DNA from: Octopus bimaculoides
Taxonomy: Eukaryota
DNA length: 54,326 nucleotides
NCBI RefSeq assembly: GCF_001194135.2
Contig: NC_069000.1
Span: forward strand, 29,691,043-29,745,368
Direction: 5' to 3'
A program made the translations under genes and the position numbers. Within the stretch, counting starts at the first letter, position 1, and the number at the start of each line of letters is the position of its first letter. Below are positions 12,412 to 25,309 of the stretch, in pieces. The notes beneath the pieces were generated by a model, which worked only from the letters and a program-made list of their open reading frames with translations, had not been told where the DNA came from and did no database searches.

Positions 12412-12786
12412 TCTTTTATTCCTTTGCTTGTTCCAGTCATTTGACTGCAGCCATGCTGGATCATCGCCTTTGGTCGAGAAAATCGACCCCAGGACTTATT
12501 CTTTGTAAGCCTAGTACTTATTCTATCGGTTCCTTTTGCCAAACCGCTAAGTTACAGGGACGTAAACACACCAACATCGGTTGTCAAGCGATGGTAGTGT
12601 GACAGACACACACACATATATATATATATACGACGGGCTTTTAGTTTCCGTCTACCAAAACCATTCACAAAGTTTTGGTCGGCCCGAACCTATAGTAGAA
12701 GACACTTGCCCAAGGTGCTACGCAGTGGGACTGAACCCGGAACCATGTGGTCGGGAAGCACGCTGCTTACCACAGAGCCACCCCGA
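12412..12786 (-). mobile_element. tRNA-derived SINE family A, near full length
   Basis: The reverse complement has a tRNA-like head (ggctctgtggtaag...ggttcagtccc), a central (TA/CA)n and a conserved 3' body. At least 6 related copies are in the window. Confidence 0.85.
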
Positions 12787-15700
12787 CCTACTTTATGCTC
12801 CTTTGTCTTGTTGAAGGAAAACATCTCATATTTGGATCAACTGGAAATTTGTTATATATCAGAGACGAAAAGGTTGCATAGTACAGTATTTAAACAAATG
12901 AATCCCCAATCGCAGGCGATCATTTCTTTTGTATATGTCCAACCAAATTGCCGAACTGTTACCTCGAACTAGTAATCATCTTAGTTTCAAACAGTATAAA
13001 ACAATGGAAATACGAAATTAAAGAATCTCAAAGCATGTAATATTAGTTTAACAATATCATACAGCAATAATTCCAATCGGCAGAGAATCTTTTCTTGTGA
13101 GTTAGATTTCATAGAGAGGTTCAATCTTTGTTTAGTCCCCCCCCCCCATGAATAAACCTACGATAAAATGCCTTTTAGCAGTAGTCGTTGAATTTCAGTA
13201 ATAGCTAATCCAAGTGTTCGTTATCTAATGTGTCCTATCCCTCTTTAAAACAATACAATGTTATATACGAATAATTTCACTGCTATTTCAAGCAGGAATA
13301 ATATTAATCTTCGTGTGAGAGTGGAAGGGGCATACCGAATGGCTGTCACTGCCTGACCTAAACCAAAGAAATTGATTTAGTTGATGTTCAATGTCAGCAA
13401 ACACCAACGACTTTCTTCAGTTGCAGCTAGATACACTGGATAAGTAAAGTGTAGCTGTAGATGGTACCTGTTTATAACTTAATAGACTGGGTCAGTGAGA
13501 GGATCGTTTCATAAGAGTTTAGTACATTAACCCATGCTGCATGGGTTCAGCCAACGTCGTCCGTCTCTTTTCCAGGAATGTGTACCTTGAACAACATTAT
13601 CCAACGTATCCTTCTTCTTTCAAAACGAGATGTGTGGGTGATTTAGCTGTTGCTTTTAGTAGACTGAGCAACCTAATAGTACAGTAATTTTCAGTGCATT
13701 GGATTTTTAAAAACACAAGTCAATGGAAATGCTCACGATCTCGAAAACCCGCATAATTCATAAAATCGAGGTAATAGCTATCAATATACGGTTTTAATTT
13801 CTTCCTCGTGTCAAAAGCTGAAACAACTTCGTTGCGTCGGTGTTCCTTTTTAGTGGGTTCGGAATACCACTTCGGAAAGGAAGATGTTGCAAGGGAAATC
13901 ACTCTCGCATCATTAACCAACGGCGACAAGTTGCTAATGAAATTACGAAAAAAAAAAAAAAAAAAAATTCTAAATTGCTCTTAAGTTTCAGATATATGCT
14001 GCCCAACAGAAAAGAATCTCAACATTCATTGAGGAAAAGTACCTGGAAAAAAAAAAAAAACCAATATAGATTATACTGCTATTCAATAGCAATATAAACT
14101 CGAAAGACTAAAATGAACTTAAGTCAATCACAGCATCTGCATTGGAAATAGCTACATAATCTCTACCAAATTCCATCCACCACCACTTGGAATCTTTTCA
14201 CTTGACCAATTGTTGCACATGTCTCTGAGTTTAATCAGAACTTGTTAGAGGTCGCTTGACATACTGCAAACAGCAATTCAATGTACCTCATAAATAACTC
14301 CTAAAAAGACAGGTGCAAAATGAAATATCTATTATACATTAACTGTTAAACTACAGAACACTACCTACCACCAAGTGGCCACAATCAAAATGGCAGATAA
14401 GCAGGTGGAAAATTCATCTAGTCATTTAGCCTGCTAGAAATAGCAGTTGAAGTTCCCTTAAATCACTCACCTAAACAAGGTAATACACTGGATAATGCAT
14501 TAGATTCGTGATGCCTGCAAAAATAAGTTTCACATTTTTTGGCACAAGGCATGGATTTTGGTAGATTACTGCACTTTCAGCACTTGACTAGTACTTGAAA
14601 GGATGAAAGGCAAAACTGACTATGACAGTATGGCCAGGTAAGAAAAAAAAAATACTGCTAAGCAGTCGGTCTAACATGCAAAAGAGTCAGACAGCTCACC
14701 ATCTTAATAATTCTTATTTTGGAACACGACTAGCAACTTTGAAGGGAAGGGTCAAGTCAATTGTATCAACTCCAGCACCTGACTTCTATTTTATTATGTC
14801 AACCTCCAAAGATAAATAGGCCAACTTGCCTGCAGCAGAATTTGAACTCAGAACATAAAAACTAGAAGAAATACTAGTAAGCATTTTGTCTGTGTTAACC
14901 ATCAACCCCAGCTCACCACCTAAATAACTGTTTCTTATTATGGTACAAGGGTAGTAATTTTGAGGGAAGGAATTGGTCAATATCATCAACCACTTTACTA
15001 AAGTGGTATTTTTACAAGCCAAGGAGGAAAATAACAGGAAGTGCCAATGAAGAGATCAGCTCTATCAGGGCTGGCATGAGATTAAAGGAAGTAAAAAAAA
15101 TCAATTTGGAACACAGAGTAAAAATACCATAAAACAATTTTCCAACATTCGCACACCACCAGCCCAAATAAGTGTGCTTCTATCAAATGAGAGTTGTGTG
15201 TGTTTGAACAGCAGTTACCACTCTGTCCAATAATCAAGAGGATATATGGTCTTAACATCCAAACCCCCACCCCACGATGTCATCCTTCCTTTTCAAGTGC
15301 CATGTAAATTGCCTCTGATTTTTCACAAGAAAAAAAAAAAAAATTTTTTTGTTACCTCACCACAAGACAAACTTGTTGGCTAGATACAAATTTGTTGTAT
15401 CTGCCTTAACACTCAAAACAGACCAAACACTACAAGGCATTTCATAAAAAGCCCTAACTCTGCCACTAAAGTGATCCCCTCACAACTTTTCTAAACAGAT
15501 CCATTGAATTCTTAATAGTATCTACTCCACCCAATATTATTGGTGAGTCTCCATACTAGAATGCAAGTCAAAGTTGAAATAATAAAAATATAAAATAGAG
15601 AGACAAGCTCATAATCTTTCAGTGGGGGAAGGGTAAAGCAGATTTACATTGACTCCTGACACTTGACTCAGTTTTTTCAGCATCTGTCCCTCTCCCAGAA

Positions 15701-15851
15701 AGATGAACGACAAAGTTAACCTCAACCAAACAAGCAGTGTAAAGATATATAACTAAAAATCACAAGGCATTTAAAAATCCCTTGCTGGTTCTGCCAAATA
15801 ATAAAATATCCAAAGTGAAGAAAAGCAACTCATGTTTTTAGTGAAGTGAGG

Positions 15852-15857
15852 TTTATT
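15852..15857 (-). terminator. Candidate polyadenylation signal (AATAAA) for the hnRNP A transcript
   Basis: AATAAA on the minus strand, a CA about 18 nt downstream, then a U/GU-rich tract. It closes a ~3-kb AT-rich, repeat-poor stretch. Assignment to the hnRNP gene is inferred. Confidence 0.35.
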
Positions 15858-17676
15858 CAGTAAATAAAAGGATTTAAGATTGCATTTATTTTATTTGAAT
15901 TTTATTTTTATTTTATTAAAAACTGACTGGTCTGAAAGCTTAAAATGAATCATTATCAAAACAAGTGACAAAAAACATCAATTAATTATTAATCAACCAA
16001 TGATGATGATGATGATGATGAAAGAATGCTACACATCTCACTGAAAGAAATGCATTTTTTAAAAATGATAACAGAAAAATAAAGAGATTTAGTTTCCAAA
16101 GATATTTTAAATTTGAGTAGGGAACAGTGAAAGACAGATCAAGCTCCATCCCAAATATTTTATATAATTCATTTAATCTATTGAAAGAATAGGGATTTTA
16201 CTAAGCTCTATGAACTAGAGCTATACATATTTGGCCAACTGCTCTACCAACCAGTACCATTAATATGGAAGTAGGATTTCATGGATGGTTAAAAAGGTCA
16301 CTGAGCATAATGAAATCAGTGACAGAATTGAAATTTATAATTAGCACATCCAACAGTGTTGGATTCAATGACAAACTTCCATTTGTTAATCTCTTACATA
16401 GACATCCTACCTGAATGCCGGGGAAAGAACAAATGACAGAAAAATATTAGTAAAATAAGCCACATGTAACAACTGAAAATAGGAAAGATTTTGATTTGAT
16501 AGAACAGGTCAGTTAAGCAAATGAATGTTAATATAGAATCTATGCATATCATTTCACATGAATTAGTTTACAATTACTAATTAATCTACACCTACCCAAC
16601 AGCTAATTTCTGTAAGGTTTATATTCCAAGAATTATTCAACTCACTGCATACACAACTAAAAAGATGACTAGCCAATGGAATGTCAATGAGGTCATTCAA
16701 AATAGCAGCCAAATTCTAAAGCATCTTATCTTACACTAGTGACTTGCCTAAACGATTCTGATGTATACCACAATCAAATAGAAGTATACAAAATATTTCA
16801 GTGTTGTGCAAAGTACATCAAATGTGGGGAGGAATGTCTTTCAAAAGGGATCTACTAGATCAAGGCCGACGTGAGGTTGAATTTTAAAAAAACTGTACAT
16901 GAACGCCTGCATCATGGAAAACAAAATGTTCGCTTAATGATGCAAGGGAGATAATTCATGCCGGTCTTAAAACCATCAACTTCCTTTCAACACAAACCCA
17001 TGTTAACAAAAATCAATATCCATACGTTAAAAACCAATGAAGTTATGGTCTCAACCTGAGCCACCTAAGTAAACTACCATTATACAGGGAGGGTTTAATC
17101 CAATTATATTACTATAAGCGCAACACATAACAGGTCCGAAAGATTATGTTAGTTACGAGCTGTTATGAATGCAGCATTATTCTAAACAGATACTTCAATA
17201 CAATACAAGACCACTTTATGTCTTCTTTTATGGTTAGCCATGATTTTCTGCATCTGAACTTAAGGTACGAATTTTGGCATTTTTAAAATTTCATGTATTT
17301 CTTTGTGGAAATAGCTAGGAACCAACATCCATCAGAACAGTCACAACAGATACCACAAGGCATCAGTTCATTTAATATCCAGTTTCCAATACCAGTATGG
17401 AGATAAAAATTTTAACCAGATATTACAGCCAGATGGTTTACCTGTTTAGCAAGGGACCATTACCATTTCACAGGTTTTCAAAAGTGCATAACCCATTTTG
17501 CTTAAGTAAACACATGGAATGTCAACATTATGCTTCCAATAGTTATCTACCAAATCCACTCAAAGAGCATTGATCCTTAGAAGACACTTGTCCAAGATAT
17601 CACAGTGGAACTAAACTTGAAACCATTTAATTCAGAAGCAAACCTTTCAACCACAGATCCATTCTGTATGGTTTAA

Positions 17677-17872
17677 CCCTTTAGCATTTAAACTGACCGT
17701 ATCTGGCCCCAATATTCTACCTATTTTTATGTTGAAACTGACCAGATCTAGCCTCTTAGATTTATTCTAAAAATAAATAACCACATCATCAAAATCATTT
17801 GGGTAATACATGATTAATACAAAATGTGAATAAATAAGCATTGCATGACAAAATTATCTGAATGCCAGAAGG
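17677..17872. mobile_element. piggyBac-like MITE, 196 bp, decayed
   Basis: TTAA at 17673-17676 and 17873-17876; degenerate 12-bp TIRs CCCTTTAGCATT / AATGCCAGAAGG (9 of 12 match); CC terminus after TTAA. Confidence 0.6.
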
Positions 17873-18590
17873 TTAAGAGTAAGTTTAAATTGTTTTCAAT
17901 AATTTTGAACGAAAAGTTATGCAGCATTTAAACAGCATTTAAAAGAAATAAATTTCATTCTCACACCATGTACATCGTTTCTAGTATTCTAGTAAAGGCA
18001 TCACACTACCAAGTTACTAAGACTCCTGATTGAAATATAATCATAGTATTTCTAGGAAAGATAGGGATTCTCAGGTAAAACAAACGTCTTACAATAAACA
18101 CAATTAATTAAGATCTACATTTGTAAATATTTCATCATACATTAATTTGGCCCTGATGTTAGAACTTACTTTTTGGAATAGCAAACTATTAATTATTCAT
18201 TGCAGCTAAACTGTCTAGACTTGTCTTAGTACGCTAGAAATGGCTGGTTGGCTACAAAATGAGCAAGATACTAATGATATCATAGTTAATAGGACGTGGA
18301 ATTTATACTTTTCAACAGAAAATCATTTTCTTCCTTACATTCTGATTTTGCCATCAGGTAGTGACTAGAGTTGGATGTTAGAAACTAAGGGGGATAACTA
18401 TGCAGTTGACTTTCTAAGGCATCTGGTTTGGATCGAGCTGTAGTCTTATAGTATCTTAACTTCAATCACAACTGGAAGACGATAGCTTACGTCAAAAGAG
18501 AGAAAGAGGAAATGGAAAGCAATTTGAAAAGGCTATTTTATCATTTATATTGATAGAGACACTCAGAGATTGAGTGAGCAATGAGCAGAG

Positions 18591-18638
<48 letters not shown>

Positions 18639-18750
18639 GAATTGTGGGGAGAAAGAAAGAAAATCTGAAGTAGAAAACTGTGATATGGAAGATGGTGCAT
18701 GTAAGAGAAAGTTTATAAAAGCAGCTCCAAGAAGGAGTGAACACACTTGC

Positions 18751-18782
18751 CTGATTCTATACTGGCAATCTCTGCAATGGCA
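18751..18782 (-). other. Candidate non-coding 3'-UTR exon of the hnRNP A gene (32 nt, or the start of the terminal exon)
   Basis: Acceptor ccattttcatttttctAG| ends at 18783, followed by a possible GC-type donor CAG|GCAAGT at 18750. Sequence signals only. Confidence 0.4.
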
Positions 18783-21177
18783 CTAGAAAAATGAAAATGG
18801 TAGTGAAATAAAAACACACACATTTATATATAAAATATTTATATAAACAACAAGTATAACTATACAGTACAGACAGGTTGTGCATATGTGTATGTATGTA
18901 TGCATGTATCTATGTAGCTTAGCTGGAAGTAGCATGGAAAGGAAGGGAAGTCTGTGCTATCACACTAAGAAAGGTTTACCTCGGGTAACCTTAAATATAA
19001 AGACTTGTGGTACAGAAAACACAGACACAGTACTCAAAGCCTCAGCCAACAAAAAAAACCCATTGACATAGGCCAACTAACAACTGGAAGTTATAGTTTA
19101 AAATGAATAATAAAAATTAATCCTCCAACCTTTATAAATAATGTAATAATTCCTTGAGCAGTTCAGGTTTGAAGATCAAACTCACAGCAGCCCTTCATTG
19201 CATCCTTGCAGAAAACGTTTCAGTAATAAAATTTATAGGTCATCTGCAGCAGATTGTTGCCTTGTCCAAAAGCAATATTTAGCATTCATCTACTTAATGT
19301 CATGAACTTGAAACACTCATTAGCCTGAGCCATTTACTCACATCTATTGGTTGATGGCTATTTTAACAGTAAAGCCCCTTAAGAGAGTACTAAGAAAGCA
19401 GCTTACACCACTTTCAGACACTTGGGCAATCAGAAGGCAGCAATGATACATATCCACAAAGACAAACAATTGAGATATCATGTCAGACTTCTTGTCTACA
19501 AAGTCAGCTTAGTAAAGCCTTTACCGACATCCAGCTATTTTTTTTTTTTAATATTTTATAATTACACTCACAATTATACATATATCACACACATACCTGT
19601 CCAGAGCAAATGCACTCACACACGTCCCAGTACATCCATCCAGGTCACACACTAACACCTCTACATCTGTCCACCACAACTATCCCATACAAAAACATAA
19701 TTACATTTGCCCAGTCTACATACACACATGCATACAGATAAATATCTTCCATAGCTACAATAGATTCAAATCATGTGTCTTGTACACACAAGCAAAGAAT
19801 TACTCTATCATTCAACCACTTGCTACTTATCTGGGCATTCTGTAGAAAGAGGAAAAGGGTGTGGCATAGAGAAGTTGGGGGTAAAACATCAACAAACAAT
19901 ACTGAGTAACTTAGAACTACTTAAGGTTTCAAACAAATACTTTTTATTCACTGATGATGGAAAACTAGAGAGGATAAAAGAAAGTAAAAATATACAATGG
20001 AAATTCAGAACTTACTAGTAGATATTTCATGAATTATGGAAAGAAACAAAATGTACTATTAGGATAGTAATAATAATAATTGTAATAGTAGTAGTCATAA
20101 TAAATAATAGAATTTTTTTATGAGGGCATAATTACTTTAAGAAATAATAATTTTTATGATTTCTTAATTTGGCATGATGCCTTAAACGAGTAAAGTTGAC
20201 TGTCTTTGTTTAAGGACATAACGCTTACTGACGAGTGCAAACTGAGGAGAAACAACTCCAGCATGTCCTCCATTTGACATTGTGTCAAACAATGATGATG
20301 ATAATAATTATAATATTAATGATATTAATAACAGATGTGTCCTTACCTAAATAAAGGAGTTAAATGAAGTAGATTTAGAATTAAATACAGTTTATGTTGG
20401 AAATATGTCTGACAGGTTTTTTTTTAAGTGTGTAACTTTATCTCTCCACCTACATACAAAAGTTTCTCTTCCCACTTAAATTTATATAGAGTTCTATATA
20501 TATATATAAATATATATATAATATAGATATACAATATACATAGACTGATGTAGAGAGGTGTTGTTGCAATGTATCTCGTTTCTCATTTTAAATCCTTATT
20601 TCTTAAAAGATGCTAAAGAACTTGTCTTTTCTTCTTCTCTCTACCTCTCTTCTTTCCTGATTTCTATTTTCCATTTTCGTTTCTTACTGTTATAAGATAT
20701 AGATTTTTTTTTAAAAATGAATGTATGTACATATACATACAACAATATATTCCTCCTTTTCTTTTGAAGTCAATGAAAGTCTTAAAGGAATTCTCAAAAG
20801 ATGTTCAGTTGTATTAGTGAAAAGGTTTGTAGTTTTTTATAACATCCAGCTGCCTTAGAGTCCTTACGTAAATTGTTCCGTAGTTTCTTGGTAGATAAAA
20901 ATTAAGACACAAAATATAGTATTACAGCATATATACATACATATATATATATATATACGTGTGTGAGATGTAGAAGTATAGATGGAGAGATGGCATAAGA
21001 TTTAAGATTATAGTAAGTATGCTAGCAGCGAAGTTGTATATAGTGCCACTTATTTGGGGTGTAGGAAAGTCAATGATAATGGGCTGACTACCTTATATCT
21101 GTATCTAGAATGTCTTCTTTCATTCAGTTGGGAAATAATAGCAGCATTACTGTATTGTGTGTGTGTATGTATATATG

Positions 21178-21231
<54 letters not shown>

Positions 21232-21514
21232 CACACACACACACACACACATATATACATACATACACATATGCATATATTTATGGTAATAATTGTGATA
21301 TTTTACTGTGGTACTTGCCATGCTGGCCTTATTACTGTAGCATCTTGTAGAAGAAGTAGTAGTAGTAGTAGTAGTAGTACTGAAATCATTTTTATCGTAA
21401 TAGTAGTAATAGTAGAAGTAGATTTACTGTAGAACATTGCCATGTTGGCTTTATACTGTGTAGCATCTTGTAGTAGTAGTAGTAGGGTTTGAGAGATAAG
21501 CCTGATGCAGAGAT

Positions 21515-21520
21515 ACTCAC
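21515..21520 (-). promoter_or_regulatory. 5' splice donor GTGAGT directly after the hnRNP A stop codon (3'-UTR intron)
   Basis: The minus strand reads ...TATAGACGT-TGA|GTGAGTATC, a consensus intronic donor hexamer abutting TGA. Confidence 0.7.
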
Positions 21521-22318
21521 TCAACGTCTATAGCCACCACCACCACTGTTTCCTCCGCCACCGCTGAAGTTGCCGTAGGGACCTGCACCTCGCTGGGAGT
21601 AGCCGCCCCGTTTCATTGGCCCACCTCCGTAGTCACTGCCATAGTTTGAGCCAAAGTTGCCACCACCCCCTCCTCCTCCACTGCCCCAACCTCCACCATA
21701 ACCGTTACCACTAAACTGCCCACCTCCACCCTGGTTCCACCCGCCACCGCCACCGTAACCGTCACTGCCACCATAACCATCGTCACAGAAACCTCCCTGG
21801 GGTCCCCAGTTGTTCATGCGTCCACGGCCAAGTGACATGCCGCCACGACCTCCACGAATGCCACCACCACCGCCACCACGCATTGGCAAGTCCCCACCTC
21901 CCATTCCATAACCCATTGCTCCTGCAGGTCCCATACCCATACCAGATCCACCTCCACTACGGACCTTGTTCATTTCCTCACGGGACAGAGCTTTCTTCAC
22001 CTCAATTTTTTTACCCTTTGACTCAAAGAACTTGGTCAATACCAGTTTGTCTACTGTGTCGTAATCTTCAAACGTCACAAAGCAGAAACCCTTTTTCTTT
22101 TGCGTGTTCTTATCAATGACCATATCAACCGTCTTCACCTCACCAAAGGGACCAAACAGCTCTCGTAGGTCCTCTTCTGTCATTTCTTCCTTGATGCCAC
22201 CCACAAATAGCTTCTTAACTGTCGGTTGTGACTCAACCTCATTGCGTGGCATGGCACGTTTTGTCTCCACCTCTTTACTGTCAATGCAGTGTGGTCGATG
22301 TTTCTGGGCTTCATCAAC
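21521..22318 (-). CDS. HNRNPA1-like: hnRNP A1/A2/B1/A3-family protein, coding exon 2 (end of RRM1, RRM2, Gly/RGG-rich domain, M9-like PY segment, stop)
   Basis: Acceptor ttgtttttctttttgtAG|GTT GAT GAA (phase 0). Encodes VDEAQKHRPHCIDSKEVETKRAMPR, RNP2 LFVGGI, RNP1 KGFCFVTF, and a GGY/RGG tail with GPMKRGGYSQRGAGPYG ending GGYRR*. Joined to exon 1 it gives 333 aa. Confidence 0.95.
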   Translation of the reverse strand, partial: VDEAQKHRPHCIDSKEVETKRAMPRNEVESQPTVKKLFVGGIKEEMTEEDLRELFGPFGEVKTVDMVIDKNTQKKKGFCFVTFEDYDTVDKLVLTKFFESKGKKIEVKKALSREEMNKVRSGGGSGMGMGPAGAMGYGMGGGDLPMRGGGGGGIRGGRGGMSLGRGRMNNWGPQGGFCDDGYGGSDGYGGGGGWNQGGGGQFSGNGYGGGWGSGGGGGGGNFGSNYGSDYGGGPMKRGGYSQRGAGPYGNFSGGGGNSGGGGYRR

Positions 22319-22529
22319 CTACAAAAAGAAAAACAACAGTCAATTATATGTAAATTCAGTTTTTGCCTAAGATTATATAATAGAAATAGTAATTTCAAAC
22401 ATAAAATGGAAAATGTTAACCTATGCAAGGTCTAACAGAAAAATGGCCACAACTAAATATTACAAAGTATGTTATCCAATGCCCTAATAATTATAGTTAT
22501 GCACCACCCCTATGGTAATAATTATTATT

Positions 22530-23390
22530 ATTGCATCATCAATGGTTGGATGATTTTAACAGGAGCTGACAAGCCAAAGAGCTACATTAGGCTCCAATTG
22601 TTTTGGTATGGTTTCTACAGCTAGGTGCCCTTCCTAATGCCAACCACTTCAGTGTACTGGTGCTTTTTTTACATGGCACCAGCAGGGCTGCCAAGACAAA
22701 GACCTCTCAACTGAGATGGAAATGGCTGGGACAGGTAAGCAGTTAGAGTATAATAGCAGGACAGAGAGTGGTCTTATGAAGTGGAAAGAAAGTTAGAGAG
22801 ACAGTCAGAGAAAGAAAAATAGATGGTGTTGGAGATGTCCTGTGGGTGTATCTACAGTGAACAGTTATGGGAACATAAGTAATAAAGAGGATAGAGAGGG
22901 ATGTTCCATAAGAGTGTGAGGGGAGATGTTTTGAAATAGGGAAGACATAACCAGTGAGTGATGGTGAGAGAATACGGATTGATACGATAGATATGTTATA
23001 GTATGGAGTGTAGAGAAGCACGTGAGGAACTGCAATGGGTGACCATGGGTAGTGAGACAAGGGGGATGTTGGGAAGATGGGTTGTAGGGGTGTTTTGAAG
23101 GATTTGATGGTGGGCATGGTCATAGAGGACATGCTTATATGTGTGACCATTATTTTACTCAGCTTGACATACAGAGCAAATTGCCAGAGGTCATGGTTCC
23201 TTTATCTCCTCTGTGAGGCTCAACATCTCGTGATGATTTCTCACCACTTTGTCTGTGTTCCTGGGTCTACCCCTTTCACAGGTCCCCTCTATAATTAAAG
23301 ATTGGCATTTCCTTATGCAGCAGTCCTCATCCATACACATCACACGAGCATACCAGCACAGCCTTCTCTCTTGCATTTTACATATACTTC
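22530..23390 (-). mobile_element. 3' remnant of an RTE-clade LINE in intron 1 of the hnRNP gene
   Basis: The minus ORF 23191-23376 (RRLCWYARVMCMDED...CERGRPRN) resembles the RTE C-terminal LRWYGHV...RGRPRKTW motif. The 3' body is shared with other copies in the window and ends in a short tandem tail. Confidence 0.7.
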
Positions 23391-24921
23391 TTATGGCCGT
23401 TTTTCTCTAAATCATTTACACTGCTGTACATGCATACTGACATTACCAATCTAGCGGGCATGTTGGTTTCATTTCTTTCTCAAGAATTTGCATGTCCTCT
23501 GTAGTCACATGCCATATAGCACTGATATTTACATTTTGTAGACATTTTCCTATGCTTGCATGTATTGTATACGGATGATTTCCTAGTTACCATTAACTAC
23601 TCAATTTTAAGTAGAGAAGGAGCGTGGTTTTATGACAGTAACACAAATTGGATTGAGCAGAGTTTTAAGACTTGGATCAGGATTCAAATACACTGACCTT
23701 GAAACCTATTTCCTAGTCTACTTTGCAACCACAGTTTTAGAGTCAATGAGAGAACCTCTACACAGTCACTTGACTTCATTCAGATCGCATCTTAGTACCT
23801 TAAAAAAGAACACATTAGATCCTTAACTGAAATACTCTTGTTGACAAGATGCTCAATCAGGGGTGAATTGAAAACTTGAACAGATATTCATAAAAAAAAA
23901 CCCAGAAAAGCAAAAAAAAAAAGTCAATTGTGTTCCAGATCGCTCTATAACAATCGTTTTTTAAACCCCCACCCCCAAGTTAATTATGATCAGCTGGGTT
24001 CCAGTCATGATCATCCTGTCTTTTTGGATATCCAGGATCGTATTGTTCAATGTATTCTTTTTAAAGACAAACATGTGATTTTGGGTATGTTTTGAAAGAA
24101 TAACATTCTCATTATGTTGTGATTGAAACAAGAGAAAAACATTGTATCATGGGAAGAGAATGACCTTAAGGACTGGAATCAAAGAGAGTTGAACATCATG
24201 GTTGACTGAACCATTGCTTTAATAAACTTTTCCATGTTTGTAATGGGTCAGGCAAAATTCAATAAGGTAGATTTGCTATTACTAGATGTTCTTTCTATTA
24301 CCAACTCAGGCTTCCTAACAAGTTAATATTTTCTCTAGTCCTTCAAACACGGATAGCACAGTGGCTGGGTGTTTTCACTGAAAATTGCCAACGAATCACT
24401 TAGCCCATAATGTCAAGAATGAAGACAAACATATGACAGGGTTCTTTCAGTTTCTGCCAACAAAATCCATTCACAAGACTTTGACTGGGCTAGAGTTACG
24501 AAAGACACTCGGGCAAGCTGTATTAAATCCCAAAACCTTGTGATTGCAAAGCAAACATCTAAACCACACAGCTTCAACTGTCTACTTTACTGTTGTTATA
24601 TTTGTTTAAAGAGAAGAGAGAGAGAGAGAGAGGCTGAAAATAATTGGTTGATATCTGACAACTAAAGAAAGCTTAAGCTAACAAGGAAGCCAGTACATAG
24701 TTGTTCTGTTTTACTGAAGATATCCAAATATTTCTCAAACTACACCCTACTTCTTAAAGGTATTAGATTATGTTGTCTGAAATACAACATCTGAAGAATA
24801 CTATTGTCATGACTACTACCACACTGACATGACCTATCTGTACATTGTCTCCTCACTAACATGACAGTACATGTATACACCATTCTGACAGGACTTGCAT
24901 GAACATTGAGTAGTCCAGTAC

Positions 24922-25309
24922 TCTCTCTTTTACTTGTTTCACTCATTTGACTGCGGCCATGCTGGAGCACCGCCTTTAGTCGAGCAAATCGACCCCAGGA
25001 CTTATTCTTTGTAAGCCTAGTACTTATTCTATCGGTCTCTTTTTGCCGAACCGCTAAGTTACGGGACGTAAACACACCAGCATCGGTTGTCAAGCAATGG
25101 TGGGGGGGGGGACGAACACAGACACACAAACGCACATACATATATACGACGGGCTTCTTTCAGTTTCCGTCTACCAAATCCACTCACAAGGCTTTGGTTG
25201 GCCCGAGGCTATAGTAGAAAACACTTGCCCAAGGTGCCATGCAGTTGGACTGAACCTGGAACCATGTGGTTGGTAAGCAAGGTACTTACCACACAGCCAC
25301 TCCTGCGCC
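24922..25309 (-). mobile_element. tRNA-derived SINE family A, full length
   Basis: Head ggcgcaggagtggctgtgtggtaag...ggttcagtcc on the minus strand; colinear with the 12.4, 34.5, 45.8 and 52.3 kb copies. Confidence 0.88.

Noticed and set aside
13720-13929. Minus-strand 69-aa ORF preceded by poly-T and AG
   Set aside because: Part of it (atgatgcgagagt.a.ttcccttg) recurs near 7055, pointing to a repeat; the peptide is not recognisable.
19941-19980. CTGATGA...GAAA resembling a hammerhead; similarly CTGACGA...GAAA near 20227-20255
   Set aside because: No stem II, no C before GAAA, and no stem III with an NUH site.
20770-20824. 55-nt plus-strand exon-like segment (NESLKGILKRCSVVLVK) antisense to the hnRNP 3' intron
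   Set aside because: Too short and isolated; pyrimidine tracts followed by AG are frequent in this sequence.
21317-21485. (TAG)n runs just past the stop codon as hnRNP A1 UAG-binding autoregulatory sites
   Set aside because: The gene is on the minus strand, so the RNA contains (CUA)n, not UAG. It is a small local duplication with a trinucleotide repeat.
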